In this document: one piece after another, positions 7,361 to 17,148 of the stretch
Position numbering within the stretch: the first letter of the stretch is position 1
Layout: each line of letters starts with the position of its first letter
DNA from: Candidatus Marinacidobacterales bacterium
Lineage (GTDB): Bacteria; Acidobacteriota; Vicinamibacteria; Marinacidobacterales; SMYC01
DNA: 64,000 nucleotides
Assembly (NCBI GenBank): GCA_965224085.1
Contig: CBDCYI010000011.1
Coordinates: 1 to 64,000, forward strand
Reading direction: 5' to 3'
The notes under the pieces: model-generated
Database searches by the model: none
The model's input: the letters and a program-made list of their open reading frames with translations, nothing else
Told to the model about the DNA's origin: nothing
Translations under genes and position numbers: made by a program

Positions 7361-9868
7361 CTAGTACCTCCTCTCGAAACCTAAGTGCTTAGTGCTCGCT
7401 CTCTGTTTACCTTGCGCCGAGCTCGCTGGGCCTGCTGTCGGCGCATTCGCGCCGTGGGAGCGTGGCGAGCGCAGGCAGCCGCATTTTTCATCAGCCTGCC
7501 AGGGGTTTTTGACGGACACGCGTGCCTCCGTCCGTTTCATCTGGAACGGCAGGCTCTTGACGATACCCAGCGCGAATGCCGAGAAGCGGTTGTCGTTTTG
7601 CGCCGCCTCGCGAGCAATCGAACGGACGACCGGCATATCGTAATATTCCAGACCTCTGCCGAGAGCGTATGTCAGAAGCTTTTCCGTGAAGGTCCTCAAG
7701 AACGTTTCGGACTGGGCGAGGAGCGCCCGCCGCAGACTCGCGGGGCCGTCCACGAGCGTCCCGTCGACCAGTTGCCCCGACGCGTCGATCTCGAAGCCGT
7801 TGTCGGAGATCCGCCACGCGCCGACGGCGTCGAAGTTCTCCAGGGAAAAGCCGATGGGGTCCATCATCTTGTGACAGCCCGCGCAGGTGGGACTCTTCCA
7901 GTGCTGTTCCAAACGCTCGCGGACCGATACGAGCTTCTCGCCGTGCGCGTCCTCCTCGAACTCGGGGACGTTCGCTGGAGGGGGAGGAGGATGCACACCC
8001 AGGATGTTCTCGAGCACCCACTTGCCTCGCATGACCGGGGAGGTTCTGTTGGACATCGACGTCAGCGTCAGGACGCTCCCATGACCGAGTAACCCCCTGC
8101 GGTTTTCATCCCAAACATTCACGCGCATGAACTGGTTGCCCTGGACGTTCGGAATGCCGTAGTGCCTGGCAAGCCGCTCGTTGACGAACGTGTAGTCGGC
8201 ATTCAGCAGCTCGAGCACGTCGCGGTCCTCGCGCACGACGGTGTCGAACAGAAGCTCCGTCTCGCGCAGCATGGCCTCACGCAGATTGACGTCGAAATCG
8301 AGGAAAATGTAGTTGTCGGGCTGGACGTCCTTCAAGTTGCGCAGGAACAGCCACTGTCCCGCAAAGTTCGTCGCCAGCGTTTTCGAGCGGGGATCGGAAA
8401 GCATCCGCCGGACTTGCTGCTCGAGCACGGCCGGATCCCCGAGCTTTTCCTCGCTGGCGAGGTCCCGAAGCTCCTGATCGGCGGCGGCGCTCCAGAGGAA
8501 GTACGAGATGCGAGAAGCCAGCTCCAGCTCCGTTACGCGATAGTTCGTACCGGGCGTCGAGTCCGCCGGCTGCCGCTCGAAGCGGAAGACGAATTCAGGA
8601 TCCGCGAGGATCGCCTGTACGGCCATGCGGATGCCCGCTTCGAAGCCATCGCCCGCTCGAGCATCGTGATAGAGCCTGATGAGATACTCCAAGTCCTCCT
8701 CGGTCACCGGCCGTCGATAAGCCTGGCTTGCCAGCGATGCGACGATGGTCCTGGCACAGGCAAGCTCCTCGCTCGCAGCTTCCGGCTTGCAGATGAATAT
8801 CTTGCGACGGCTGGGCGTATCTCCCAGCCCTTCGATCTCGAACGGCCCGCCGATGTTCAGCGTTTTCAGATGGGGCAAGCCGGTGAATCCCAGGAGCGAG
8901 CCCGTGGTCAGGTCCGACAACGCATACTCGAACGGCGTATGAAAATCCTGAACGGGTCCGGAGGCTCGCTGGATGAACGCTGCTGAAACACGCTTTGGAC
9001 CGGCCTGAACACGGATCGGCGGCGTCCTGATGTCATCGGCCGGTTTCATGCTCGGGTTGATGTCGAGCAGAGCCACCCGGTAGCCGTTGATCGCGATCTC
9101 CATCTGCTCGCCCGGCGACGTTTGGCCGAAAAGCGGTCCGGTGCTCAGGTGGTACAACTTGATCTTGAGGACATACTCGCCGTCGAGCGGGAAAAAATGC
9201 TTCACCGCGAGCCCGCCGCGCGTCCCGAACGGCGTGCCTTTCACATGCTCCATCTGAGAGAACCCCTGGGGGAGCTGGTAGGACTCCTCGATGGGACTCA
9301 TCCCGGGGTCACCGACAGCCAGGCGACTGACCTTGGAAGCCGTCCTCACATATCCTTCCAGTAGAGTGGCGGACATGTCCAGGACTTCCGCCATGTTGTC
9401 GAAACCGTGGGTCGCAGCGTCGGGCGGCAAATGTTCGGCAGGGTCGATCTCGAGAGCCAGCAGATCGCGGATCGAGTTGGCGTACTCCGCTCGATTGAGC
9501 CGGTGAATGGGCTTTGTTCCGGGATTTGGATTGGCAAGCGCCGCTTCGTCGAGAGCCGTTTCCAGCGCCGAAACAAAGACATGGATCTTGGCCGCATCCG
9601 GCCGCGGCATACCGGCAGGCGGCATCATACCCGCGCGCAGCTTGCGCACCACTTTCTCCCATTCCGCGGCCTGCGGGTCGATCCTCGCGAGGTCCAATTG
9701 CGTCAGCGTCAAACCTCCCGACTGCACCACTTCGTCGTGGCACAGAACACAATATTGGTCGATAAACGCGCGGTAGGACAAGAGGGACGACGCAGAACGG
9801 GCACTCTGCCCGTTTACCGTCGCCCCCGACACGATCAGCACGCCCATGGAAATGAGGACTCGCGCCAT
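7361..9868 (-). CDS. Cytochrome c / DUF1587-DUF1592-DUF1588-DUF1585 family protein
   Basis: CVLCH and CAGCH heme motifs; RLNRAEYANSIRDLL, ELASRISYFLWS, RTSPVMRGKWV, DPIGFSLENFDAVG; likely start MARVLIS. Confidence 0.9.
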   Translation of the reverse strand: MARVLISMGVLIVSGATVNGQSARSASSLLSYRAFIDQYCVLCHDEVVQSGGLTLTQLDLARIDPQAAEWEKVVRKLRAGMMPPAGMPRPDAAKIHVFVSALETALDEAALANPNPGTKPIHRLNRAEYANSIRDLLALEIDPAEHLPPDAATHGFDNMAEVLDMSATLLEGYVRTASKVSRLAVGDPGMSPIEESYQLPQGFSQMEHVKGTPFGTRGGLAVKHFFPLDGEYVLKIKLYHLSTGPLFGQTSPGEQMEIAINGYRVALLDINPSMKPADDIRTPPIRVQAGPKRVSAAFIQRASGPVQDFHTPFEYALSDLTTGSLLGFTGLPHLKTLNIGGPFEIEGLGDTPSRRKIFICKPEAASEELACARTIVASLASQAYRRPVTEEDLEYLIRLYHDARAGDGFEAGIRMAVQAILADPEFVFRFERQPADSTPGTNYRVTELELASRISYFLWSAAADQELRDLASEEKLGDPAVLEQQVRRMLSDPRSKTLATNFAGQWLFLRNLKDVQPDNYIFLDFDVNLREAMLRETELLFDTVVREDRDVLELLNADYTFVNERLARHYGIPNVQGNQFMRVNVWDENRRGLLGHGSVLTLTSMSNRTSPVMRGKWVLENILGVHPPPPPANVPEFEEDAHGEKLVSVRERLEQHWKSPTCAGCHKMMDPIGFSLENFDAVGAWRISDNGFEIDASGQLVDGTLVDGPASLRRALLAQSETFLRTFTEKLLTYALGRGLEYYDMPVVRSIAREAAQNDNRFSAFALGIVKSLPFQMKRTEARVSVKNPWQADEKCGCLRSPRSHGANAPTAGPASSAQGKQRASTKHLGFERRY

Positions 9869-10438
9869 GAATCCCTTCCCGCGAAGACGACCCGAGCACC
9901 CCGAACGGAGGATGTTCTCAGCCAGCCCGCCAGGCGCGAAGTGGTCGGAGGGCGAGTTGTGGGCGTGGGGTCCCGCCTGGAAGGTGAATTTAGCGCCCAT
10001 CTGAAATCGTGCGCTCCAAACGCGGCTCCTGTCGGCGCATGTAGACACACCGAAGACGACCACCATTGGAACACGGGATCGCATCCCTGTCAAACAACTC
10101 GTGACGAACTTTGACGAACGCCGAACGCCGAACGCCGGCTCCCCGCGTCAGTCCCGTTGCCGCGCAAGGAGTTGGCCTCGCCCTCGCTGTGAAAATAGAA
10201 GCTTGCCGTCGCGCTCGCGGCGAGAGTGGTGACTTCCCCGGCTCCTGGGTACACGTACACGCCTCGCAGAGACTCGGGCACGCCGTTCCAAGCGATTTTC
10301 TCGCGGCGCTCGAAGAGAAAATGCCGGAGCCCCAGCCGAATTGACAGGTCGGTATCGACCCTGACTTTTGCGCATTCGAGCGGTCCGCACCCAGCGTGAA
10401 TTACGCCGGGTGCGGGAGCGACGTTTTGGATCTACTCG

Positions 10439-10866
10439 CTACCGGAAAATGAACGTCTCCACTAACTCGTGATCATGGCCGCCGTCATCGGTGAAACCCA
10501 TGATGTAGCGCAGCTTGCGACCCTTCTTGACCGTGGCCCGGAACAAGAACGTCGCTACGGCAGTTTCCGTTGAATGGCCCTCGAGACGATTGTCGTCGAC
10601 ACCACGGCTGATTTTCCCCGCTCCGATCTCCTTGCGTTCCTGTGGGTCGAAAGGAATGAAGCGCGACACGGTTCCCTCGACGTTCATCAACGTGGCCAAC
10701 TCGTTGAGACGGGCCGGTTCCGTGTCTTCCCATCGCCCAGTGTCCAAGCGGCGCATCATGATCTCGAGCGCGACCGCTGCTCATCGTAAGTCACCTGCGC
10801 GGCGGTGTCCGTCGCCGGGAAACTGAGCACGACGACTCCAGCAAGCAGTGCTGACAATTTCTTCAT
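10439..10866 (-). pseudogene. Small secreted hypothetical protein with a 1-nt frameshift
   Basis: MKKLSALLAGVVVLSFPATDTAA signal peptide; adding one G near 10780 joins it to ORF 10439..10759. Confidence 0.55.
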
Positions 10867-11128
10867 GACTCGAGCTCCTTCTGTGTTGGACAGGGTGAGA
10901 TTACTGGCACGTCTCTCATTCTTCAACCGGGAACCCGTAAGGAGCGAGCGGCTCGAGCCAGTTCGGCAATGGTTCTTGAACTCAGCAGGCGTCCCTGCTC
11001 GAACACCGTGACTTGCTGGCAGGGTTACTCAAGTCATCGTTGTCGTAGATCAAGACGTGAGGAAGTTGTTGGATCTTGGCACGCGTCTATCTTCTGCAGG
11101 GTGAAGAAGAAAAAGCCCAGCTTGCCGC

Positions 11129-12215
11129 GGCGTTGTTGCACGGCCCGGAGCAAATCGCTGACCTCCCTGTGCCGGTCGGAGAGTCACCCGGCGCAGTAAG
11201 TATCGGGCATACCGAGCGCGGTCATCTTGTTGAGTATCTCGCACCCAATTCGGTGTTCAACTCGTTGCCTCGCCAACGTTCGAGCCCGCATCTCGGGCCC
11301 CATGATCGCCTTGTAACGATAGACCGCGTTCTCCACCATGCTTCGCTCGGTGCAGCCTGAGAGCTTGTACCATTCACGTCGGCCGTGTCTTTCGATGGCA
11401 CGAATATGGCGGTCGCGTTCCCGCATGGCGGTGTTCGAATTCTGACTGAGCGTGGCGTTTCGTTGCGGCGGAATCACCACGCGCGTCCTTCGTCCAGGGC
11501 TGTGCGCTTCGATGGCTTCGTAGACCGCTTCCTTGTCGTATGCACTGTCCGCCGCCACCGACGCTATAGGTGCTTGAATCTGTGTTAGCAAAGGGGGGAC
11601 TCGCGTTGCGTCGCGAGCTCGTGACGCCGTCAGTTCGGACGCAACAATGTTGCCGGTCTTGCGATCAACGGCGATGTGCAACTTGCGCCAGGCGCGCTGC
11701 TTTGGCGGTTTGCGGGTGGTTCCAACATGAATCCTCAAGCCCGTGCTATCGATCATCAGGTGGATTGGTTGATTGCTGGCGGCTTTTCGAATCCGCAGCT
11801 TCTTGCGGAGCAGCCTCGACCGCCGACACAACGTCGAGTAGTCCGGGATCTCGATACACAGCCGGAGAAGCGAGGCGATCGAGTGCAAGAAGCCTTCGGT
11901 TTGGCGGTAGGCAAGCTTGTACACCATCCGGACAACCAGGCCCGTTTCAATCGCCATCTCTGAATAGACCCGTTGACCGCCAGGCTTACCGCTCTTGTCG
12001 GCCTTCCAGTTCGCGATTGCCTCCTCGTCAAACCAGACCGTCAAATCGCCCCGGCGGCGTAGCCCTTCGTTGTATTCCGCCCAGTTGGAAACGTGGTACT
12101 TCTTCTGCTTCGCGTGCTTGTACTGGCTGCGCTTGGGATACTTCATGGTCGAACATTACCTCGGCCACCACCATAGGTAGATTTCGCGCTCAGCCAAGAG
12201 CGGTGCAACAACGCC
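11129..12215 (-). mobile_element. IS5 family, IS903-group insertion sequence
   Basis: Perfect 13-bp terminal IRs GGCGTTGTTGCAC at 11129-11141 and 12203-12215; flanks are not duplicated. Confidence 0.9.
11184..12146 (-). CDS. IS903-group transposase
   Basis: NWAEYNEGLRRRGDLTVW, PDYSTLCRR, IDSTGL, WRKLHIAVD, ADSAYD, RSMVENAVYRYK. Confidence 0.93.
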   Translation of the reverse strand: MKYPKRSQYKHAKQKKYHVSNWAEYNEGLRRRGDLTVWFDEEAIANWKADKSGKPGGQRVYSEMAIETGLVVRMVYKLAYRQTEGFLHSIASLLRLCIEIPDYSTLCRRSRLLRKKLRIRKAASNQPIHLMIDSTGLRIHVGTTRKPPKQRAWRKLHIAVDRKTGNIVASELTASRARDATRVPPLLTQIQAPIASVAADSAYDKEAVYEAIEAHSPGRRTRVVIPPQRNATLSQNSNTAMRERDRHIRAIERHGRREWYKLSGCTERSMVENAVYRYKAIMGPEMRARTLARQRVEHRIGCEILNKMTALGMPDTYCAG

Positions 12216-12218
12216 GGC

Positions 12219-12953
12219 TCAGTTGGCGATTTGGAGGCGATTGTCGATGTTGATCACGCCAAACGTGCTACGTACGATCGATTCGGCCTTGATCTTCTCG
12301 ATGCGGTTTCGCACCGCTCCGGTCAGCATGACGTTCGGGCCGTTGACGATGATGTGGATGGGCGGGTTCGTCCGGTTCGCGTACGTGAAGAACAGCTCGT
12401 GCCCGTAGATGCTCCGGAACAACCGCTCTCTCAGGTCTTCATCGGACGCCGCTGCGGGCAGGATCTGGAGCACGTTTTTGAGCTCGCGCACGCCGCGCAC
12501 CCTCCCGACGCGCTCTTCGAACTCGTTCTTTTTGAAGCCCATCGTTACGTAGCCGGTCAAAACCACGATGCCGCCATCTTGTAGCTGGAAGCCGACATCG
12601 TCGAACACGGTGTAGTGCGGGTAGCTCAAGACTTTGCTGACGAGCTCCTTGACGAGGGCCTCATCGCTTTCGGCCTCGGCGACGACGAGCTCGTCTTCGA
12701 CGGCCGCAACACCTTCGACGGTCAGCGCGACCTCGATGGCCTTCATCTTGACGTAGGCACTGGCGGGCTCACCCCGTAAGGTCACGGTATCGCCGGAGAC
12801 GATGATTTCGGCGACTTCCTTGTCGAGCTTCGCTTCTTTCAGCTTCGCCCACACCGCGTCTTGGAGCGCCTGGTCGGAGTCTTGGCCCGACACCGGGGCT
12901 GCGAGCAAGATCACGAGCAGGGCCACCATGGACATCCCGAGCCTTCTCATCAT
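12219..12953 (-). CDS. Exported BON-domain (OsmY-like) protein
   Basis: Signal peptide; repeated VTLRG/VVLTG/VMLTG...GV-x-x-V BON motifs. Confidence 0.85.
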   Translation of the reverse strand: MMRRLGMSMVALLVILLAAPVSGQDSDQALQDAVWAKLKEAKLDKEVAEIIVSGDTVTLRGEPASAYVKMKAIEVALTVEGVAAVEDELVVAEAESDEALVKELVSKVLSYPHYTVFDDVGFQLQDGGIVVLTGYVTMGFKKNEFEERVGRVRGVRELKNVLQILPAAASDEDLRERLFRSIYGHELFFTYANRTNPPIHIIVNGPNVMLTGAVRNRIEKIKAESIVRSTFGVINIDNRLQIAN

Positions 12954-13010
12954 GCCTGCATTCTAGCTCAGTTGCCTCGTTGAGGGCCCGGGCAGTAGAG
13001 TGGCGCGACC

Positions 13011-13487
13011 ATGGCGAGGAAGAACTATTGGCTCATGAAGAGTGAGCCCTATGTTTATAGCATCGATGATCTGAAAAAGGAAAAGCAGGCCTACTGGGAA
13101 GGCGTCCGCAACTTCAAAGCGCGCAACAACATGCGTGAGATGAAGGTGGGGGACGGCGTTTTCTTCTACCATTCGAACGCGAATCCGAAGGCCATCGTGG
13201 GGATCTCGCGCGTGTGCAAGGAGGCCTATCCCGATTTCACGCAGTTCGACGCGAAGCACAAGTACTACGACAAGCGCGCCACCAAAGAAAAGCCCTATTG
13301 GTTTATGGTGGATATCGAGTTCGTCGAGAAGTTCGACGAACCGTGGTCGCTCGAGATGCTTCGAGAAGTCGCAGAGCTCGAGAACATGGCGCTCCTCAAG
13401 AAGGGCCAGCGCCTTTCGGTGCAGACGGTGACCCCGGACGAGTGGAGAACGATCTGCAAGCTCGCGCGCGTATCTTCGAAGGCTTGA
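13011..13487 (+). CDS. EVE domain protein
   Basis: YWLMKSEP...WEGVRNFKARNNMREMKVGDGVFFYHS...RLSVQ. Confidence 0.93.
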   Translation: MARKNYWLMKSEPYVYSIDDLKKEKQAYWEGVRNFKARNNMREMKVGDGVFFYHSNANPKAIVGISRVCKEAYPDFTQFDAKHKYYDKRATKEKPYWFMVDIEFVEKFDEPWSLEMLREVAELENMALLKKGQRLSVQTVTPDEWRTICKLARVSSKA

Positions 13488-13488
13488 A

Positions 13489-14235
13489 CTACGCTGAAGC
13501 CACCGCTTCCGTCTGCGCTTCCCCGAACTTGCGCTGGTAGTAGCGCGTCCAAATCGCGATCGCGGGGAGGCCGATGGCGGTCGGCAAGATCCAAGGTACG
13601 AAGGCAAAGCTGCCCGTCAAGGTAAAGCCGAACAAGCGTCCGGCTCCGAAGACGGCGAACGCCGTGTGAAAGGCGACGCCCGTCCCGAGCATGGCGCCCA
13701 TATGTTCGTACCACCAGCTCATCTTGAAGGCGGGAGGCGCGCTCATGTAGCGCCTCATGCCGTGCCATTGCGCCAAGCCAATCACGCTGAGCATCAAGAA
13801 GATGATGGACGCATCCGTCCAGAAGACGAGCGCGTACGCGATGACGACGACTGAGCCGAGCGCGGATGACACCGCGAGGCTGCGATGGAACGCTGTATTG
13901 ATAGCCATTGGATCGCCCTTGGCCTCCACGACCCGGACTGCGTGCCGACCGGATGCAAAAGTGACGATGCCGAGATAGCAGAGAAAGACCAAGAAGCCGA
14001 AGGTCGAGGGGTCTTCGGATGGGCGATGCCCCTGCCCGACGGCGATCGCCAGGATCAAGATCGAGTTCACCACGGCGCTTCCTGCCACGATATAGACGCA
14101 CCAGGCGAAGATCTTTCCGAAGAGCACATGGGGCCGTGAGCCCTTGCGCGCAAAGACGGGTACCCAGAACGCCGCGAGCCCGGTAAAGCCGAGCGCGATA
14201 TGTACGAATCGGAGCGTTTCTCTAATCATTTCCAT
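13489..14235 (-). CDS. DUF2306-like integral membrane protein
   Basis: HIALG...KGSRPHVLFGK, WWYEHM, HTAFAVFG; several TM helices; overlaps padR. Confidence 0.75.
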   Translation of the reverse strand: MEMIRETLRFVHIALGFTGLAAFWVPVFARKGSRPHVLFGKIFAWCVYIVAGSAVVNSILILAIAVGQGHRPSEDPSTFGFLVFLCYLGIVTFASGRHAVRVVEAKGDPMAINTAFHRSLAVSSALGSVVVIAYALVFWTDASIIFLMLSVIGLAQWHGMRRYMSAPPAFKMSWWYEHMGAMLGTGVAFHTAFAVFGAGRLFGFTLTGSFAFVPWILPTAIGLPAIAIWTRYYQRKFGEAQTEAVASA

Positions 14236-14773
14236 TCGATCGCCTCCTTGCATCGATGGCTTGGATCGTTTCTTCGCACCAAGCGAGCTTTCCGCGGAGC
14301 TGATGCACGCCAGCGCGGAGCGCCGCATATCGGTGGAACTCGTTCGATTCCGAATCGCAGAGCTCGGGCGGCTCCAATCTCTCGAGAGCCTCGAGCTTTT
14401 CAGTCCAGTCCCGCCTCAATCGCTCGACTTGCATCCACGTTACGTCCAAATCTTCGAGCTCGTGGAGAAAAAAAATACGGGCGATATAAGGGAAGCGGTC
14501 GTGGCCGACTTTAGGGTCCGAGGTTAGCCATTTCTTCAGCTTCGATAGACCCTTTCGCGTGACGCGGTAGAGTCGACGCTTCGGTCCCCGTTGGGAGTCT
14601 CCGAGCGACGAGGCAAGATAGCCCTGTTGTTCTAAACTCTTGAGCGTAGGGTAGATTTGGCTCAACTCCGCGAACCAGAAATGGCGCGCGCCCTCGTTGA
14701 ACGCTTTTTTGAGCTCGTAGCCCGAAGCCCGCTTTTCGCGGAGCATTCCGAGGAGGATGTGTTCCAAGCTCAT
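14222..14773 (-). CDS. PadR family transcriptional regulator
   Basis: MSLEHILLGML...SGYELKK...FW...QIYPTL...YRVTRKG. Confidence 0.9.
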   Translation of the reverse strand: MSLEHILLGMLREKRASGYELKKAFNEGARHFWFAELSQIYPTLKSLEQQGYLASSLGDSQRGPKRRLYRVTRKGLSKLKKWLTSDPKVGHDRFPYIARIFFLHELEDLDVTWMQVERLRRDWTEKLEALERLEPPELCDSESNEFHRYAALRAGVHQLRGKLAWCEETIQAIDARRRSNGND

Positions 14774-14812
14774 ACTATAAGTATTTATATAAACTTTTAT
14801 AGTATGAGTCAA
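14771..14812 (-). promoter_or_regulatory. padR promoter with a perfect inverted-repeat operator overlapping the start codon
   Basis: CATACTATAA-N16-TTATAGTATG; TTGACT-17-TATAAA; AT-rich patch. Confidence 0.75.
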
Positions 14813-15476
14813 GCTGGCAGCGTGCGTCGATCCTCGGGGCGGTCTCTCTGGGCCTTTTGGTCGAAGAGGTGCTTAAGCAAGAGAAGAGGGCCGACGACGA
14901 TCCATGCGGGCACGTCACGCCCCGTCATTTGATACCAAACGATGGCGCCGCCGCCCATGAGCACGGCGAACGCCAAGACCGTGATGCGGCGCGAGCTGAA
15001 ATGGAAGTTTAAGCGTCAGGCTCGACGAAATCGATCGGCGTTTCGCCGCCGACGAGGCTCTCGACGACGTAGACGAGCGTTAAGCCGAGTGCGAGCGCTA
15101 TCTCATCGACGAACACGGGCCAGGCAAAATCGAGTTCCTTGCTTTGATTCACGTGGGTGAGCATGAAGGCGAAAAAGCTCAGACCCGCGAGCACCATCAT
15201 GAAGTGCGCGAAGCTCGACATGGCGTTTTCTTGGGCGATCGCACTCCTCGCCCACTCCTTTTCTGCGGCCGTAGGAGGCCGCGTGCTCGCGAGCAGGAAA
15301 CTGCCGAAGCGAGAGCGTTGCCGCCCGCGTGCGAGTCTCAGATAGATCTCGACCTGAACGAACTGAAAAACGGAGGTGATCAGGAATGCGAACAAGAGAA
15401 CGCGTGCATCCGCGTCGAACCAGTAGAGGCTCCCTGCAACGAGACCAAGCGAGATCCAGCTGCCGAGTTGCTGCAA
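14809..15476 (-). pseudogene. Hypothetical membrane protein, frameshifted near 15015
   Basis: Hydrophobic ORF stops at 15009 but continues in another frame (NFHFSSRRITVLAFAVLMGGG...LLLLKHLFD) to 14809; start uncertain. Confidence 0.55.
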
Positions 15477-15486
15477 GGGCGTGGTG

Positions 15487-16398
15487 CTACGGAGCGGGTG
15501 GCGTCTTGCTGCGTCGTCCGCGCGGGCGCTCGGCCCAACGAAGTTTCTGCCGCAACACGCGAAAGTAGTTTTTGTCACGAACGCTCACTAGCTTGACGGC
15601 GTTGCGGCTCTTGCGGACCCGAATGACATCGCCAGGCTCGAGCAGCTCGCTGACTTGCCCGTCGAACGTGGCGTAGACCTCTCCGGGGTCACCCCGGAGT
15701 GTGAGCGCGACGGCGGCGCGATCGGGAATGACCACGGGTCGATAGGCCAAAGTGTGCGGGCAAATCGGCGCCAAGATCATCGCGTCGAGTTTCGGATGGA
15801 TGATGGGGCCGCCTGCCGCAAGCGAATAGGCAGTCGAGCCCGTCGGTGTCGAGACGATGAGCCCGTCGGCCCGGATGATAGCGACGAACTGATGGTCGAC
15901 ATCGACACTCACTTCGATGATGCGGGCGATGGCGCCTTTGGTGATCACGGCGTCGTTGAGCACGCGCTCGGTGAGGATGACCTCACCCTTGCGCTCGAGC
16001 TCGGCGGTCAGAAGCGATCGGTTCTCGATGCTCATATCGCCGGCGACGATCTTCTCGAGTGTCGCGTATAGATCTTTCAGCGCGACATCGGTGAGAAATC
16101 CCAGACTTCCGAGGTTGACACCGAGGATCGGGACTTGCCGTGAGCGCATGGCTCGAGCGACTGAGAGCAGCGTGCCATCACCCCCAAGGACGATGAGCAT
16201 GTCGGCGTCCTTCGGCATCTTGTCGAGTGAAAAGCTCGCTCCCGTACCGACTCTCGTTGCGAGCAACGATTCGAGCGCGTGCCGGATGCCGCGCTCGTCG
16301 AGCCATTTGGTGAGGTCTTGAATGATGCTCTTCGCTTCTTTAGCATGCCCTTTAGCGACGATGGCGACTTTCTTTAGATTCAGCTTTTTATCTTTCAT
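15487..16398 (-). CDS. nadK: NAD kinase
   Basis: LGGDGTLL, GVNLGSLGFL, LNDAV, DGLIVSTPTGSTAYSLAAGGP. Confidence 0.95.
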   Translation of the reverse strand: MKDKKLNLKKVAIVAKGHAKEAKSIIQDLTKWLDERGIRHALESLLATRVGTGASFSLDKMPKDADMLIVLGGDGTLLSVARAMRSRQVPILGVNLGSLGFLTDVALKDLYATLEKIVAGDMSIENRSLLTAELERKGEVILTERVLNDAVITKGAIARIIEVSVDVDHQFVAIIRADGLIVSTPTGSTAYSLAAGGPIIHPKLDAMILAPICPHTLAYRPVVIPDRAAVALTLRGDPGEVYATFDGQVSELLEPGDVIRVRKSRNAVKLVSVRDKNYFRVLRQKLRWAERPRGRRSKTPPAP

Positions 16399-17132
16399 GA
16401 GGGTGCTTTCGCCAGTAGAAAGAATTCCTGATTGCCGTCAGCACCCCGGAGCACGGAAGGCGTGACTCCGAGTACCTCGAGGCCGAGCTTCAAAACGGTT
16501 ACTTTGACGCTGGAGACGGCTTGTTCGTGCTTGGTTGGATCGCGCACGACACCGCCGCGCTCGATCTCGCTTGGGCTCAGCTCGAATTGCGGCTTGACGA
16601 GCATCAGGATATGTCCGCCCGGCTTCAAGATCGCCTTCAGCGCGGGCAAGACTCTTGTGAGCGAGATGAACGAGACGTCGATGGTAACGAGCGCGAAAGG
16701 CTCCGGAAAGTCTTCCGTTGTCAGGTAGCGTGCGTTCACCTCATCGCACACGTGCACTCTCGGATCGGAGTAGATCTTCCAATCGAGCTGCGCCTGGCCG
16801 ACATCGAGAGCCGTTACTTCAGAAGCACCTCGTTGTAGCAAGCAGTCGGTAAACCCGCCGGTGGAGGCACCTATGTCGAGCACGTGCAGACCGGTCACCT
16901 CGAGCGTTAGCGCATCGAGTGCTCCGGCGAGCTTCTCGCCGCCCCGTCCCACGAACGTTTTTAGGGGGCGGCGCCAGCGTAGCTCCGCGTCCTCCGCGAC
17001 GACGGCGCCCGGTTTGTCGACGGGCATATCGTCGACAAGAAGCTCGCCCGCGAGAATGAGCCGCTTCGCCTTCTCACGCGTCGGGACCATGCCGCGTTCT
17101 ACGACGAGCTTGTCGACGCGCTGCCGTGCCAT
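16395..17132 (-). CDS. tlyA: TlyA family rRNA 2'-O-methyltransferase
   Basis: S4 domain start MARQRVDK; LDIGASTGGFTDCLLQRGA, DVSFISL, LVKPQFE, GNQEF. Confidence 0.93.
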   Translation of the reverse strand: MARQRVDKLVVERGMVPTREKAKRLILAGELLVDDMPVDKPGAVVAEDAELRWRRPLKTFVGRGGEKLAGALDALTLEVTGLHVLDIGASTGGFTDCLLQRGASEVTALDVGQAQLDWKIYSDPRVHVCDEVNARYLTTEDFPEPFALVTIDVSFISLTRVLPALKAILKPGGHILMLVKPQFELSPSEIERGGVVRDPTKHEQAVSSVKVTVLKLGLEVLGVTPSVLRGADGNQEFFLLAKAPS

Positions 17133-17148
17133 CGTCGGCTTGTGGTGG

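Noticed and set aside
9869-10093. Long N-terminal extensions in the ORF track (also for ankyrin, tlyA, xseB, ligA and CPBP)
   Set aside because: Downstream starts fit the SD or -10 elements and the family N-termini better.
10116-10136. Heptamer tandem repeat GAACGCC x3
   Set aside because: Real but very short, with no supportable function.
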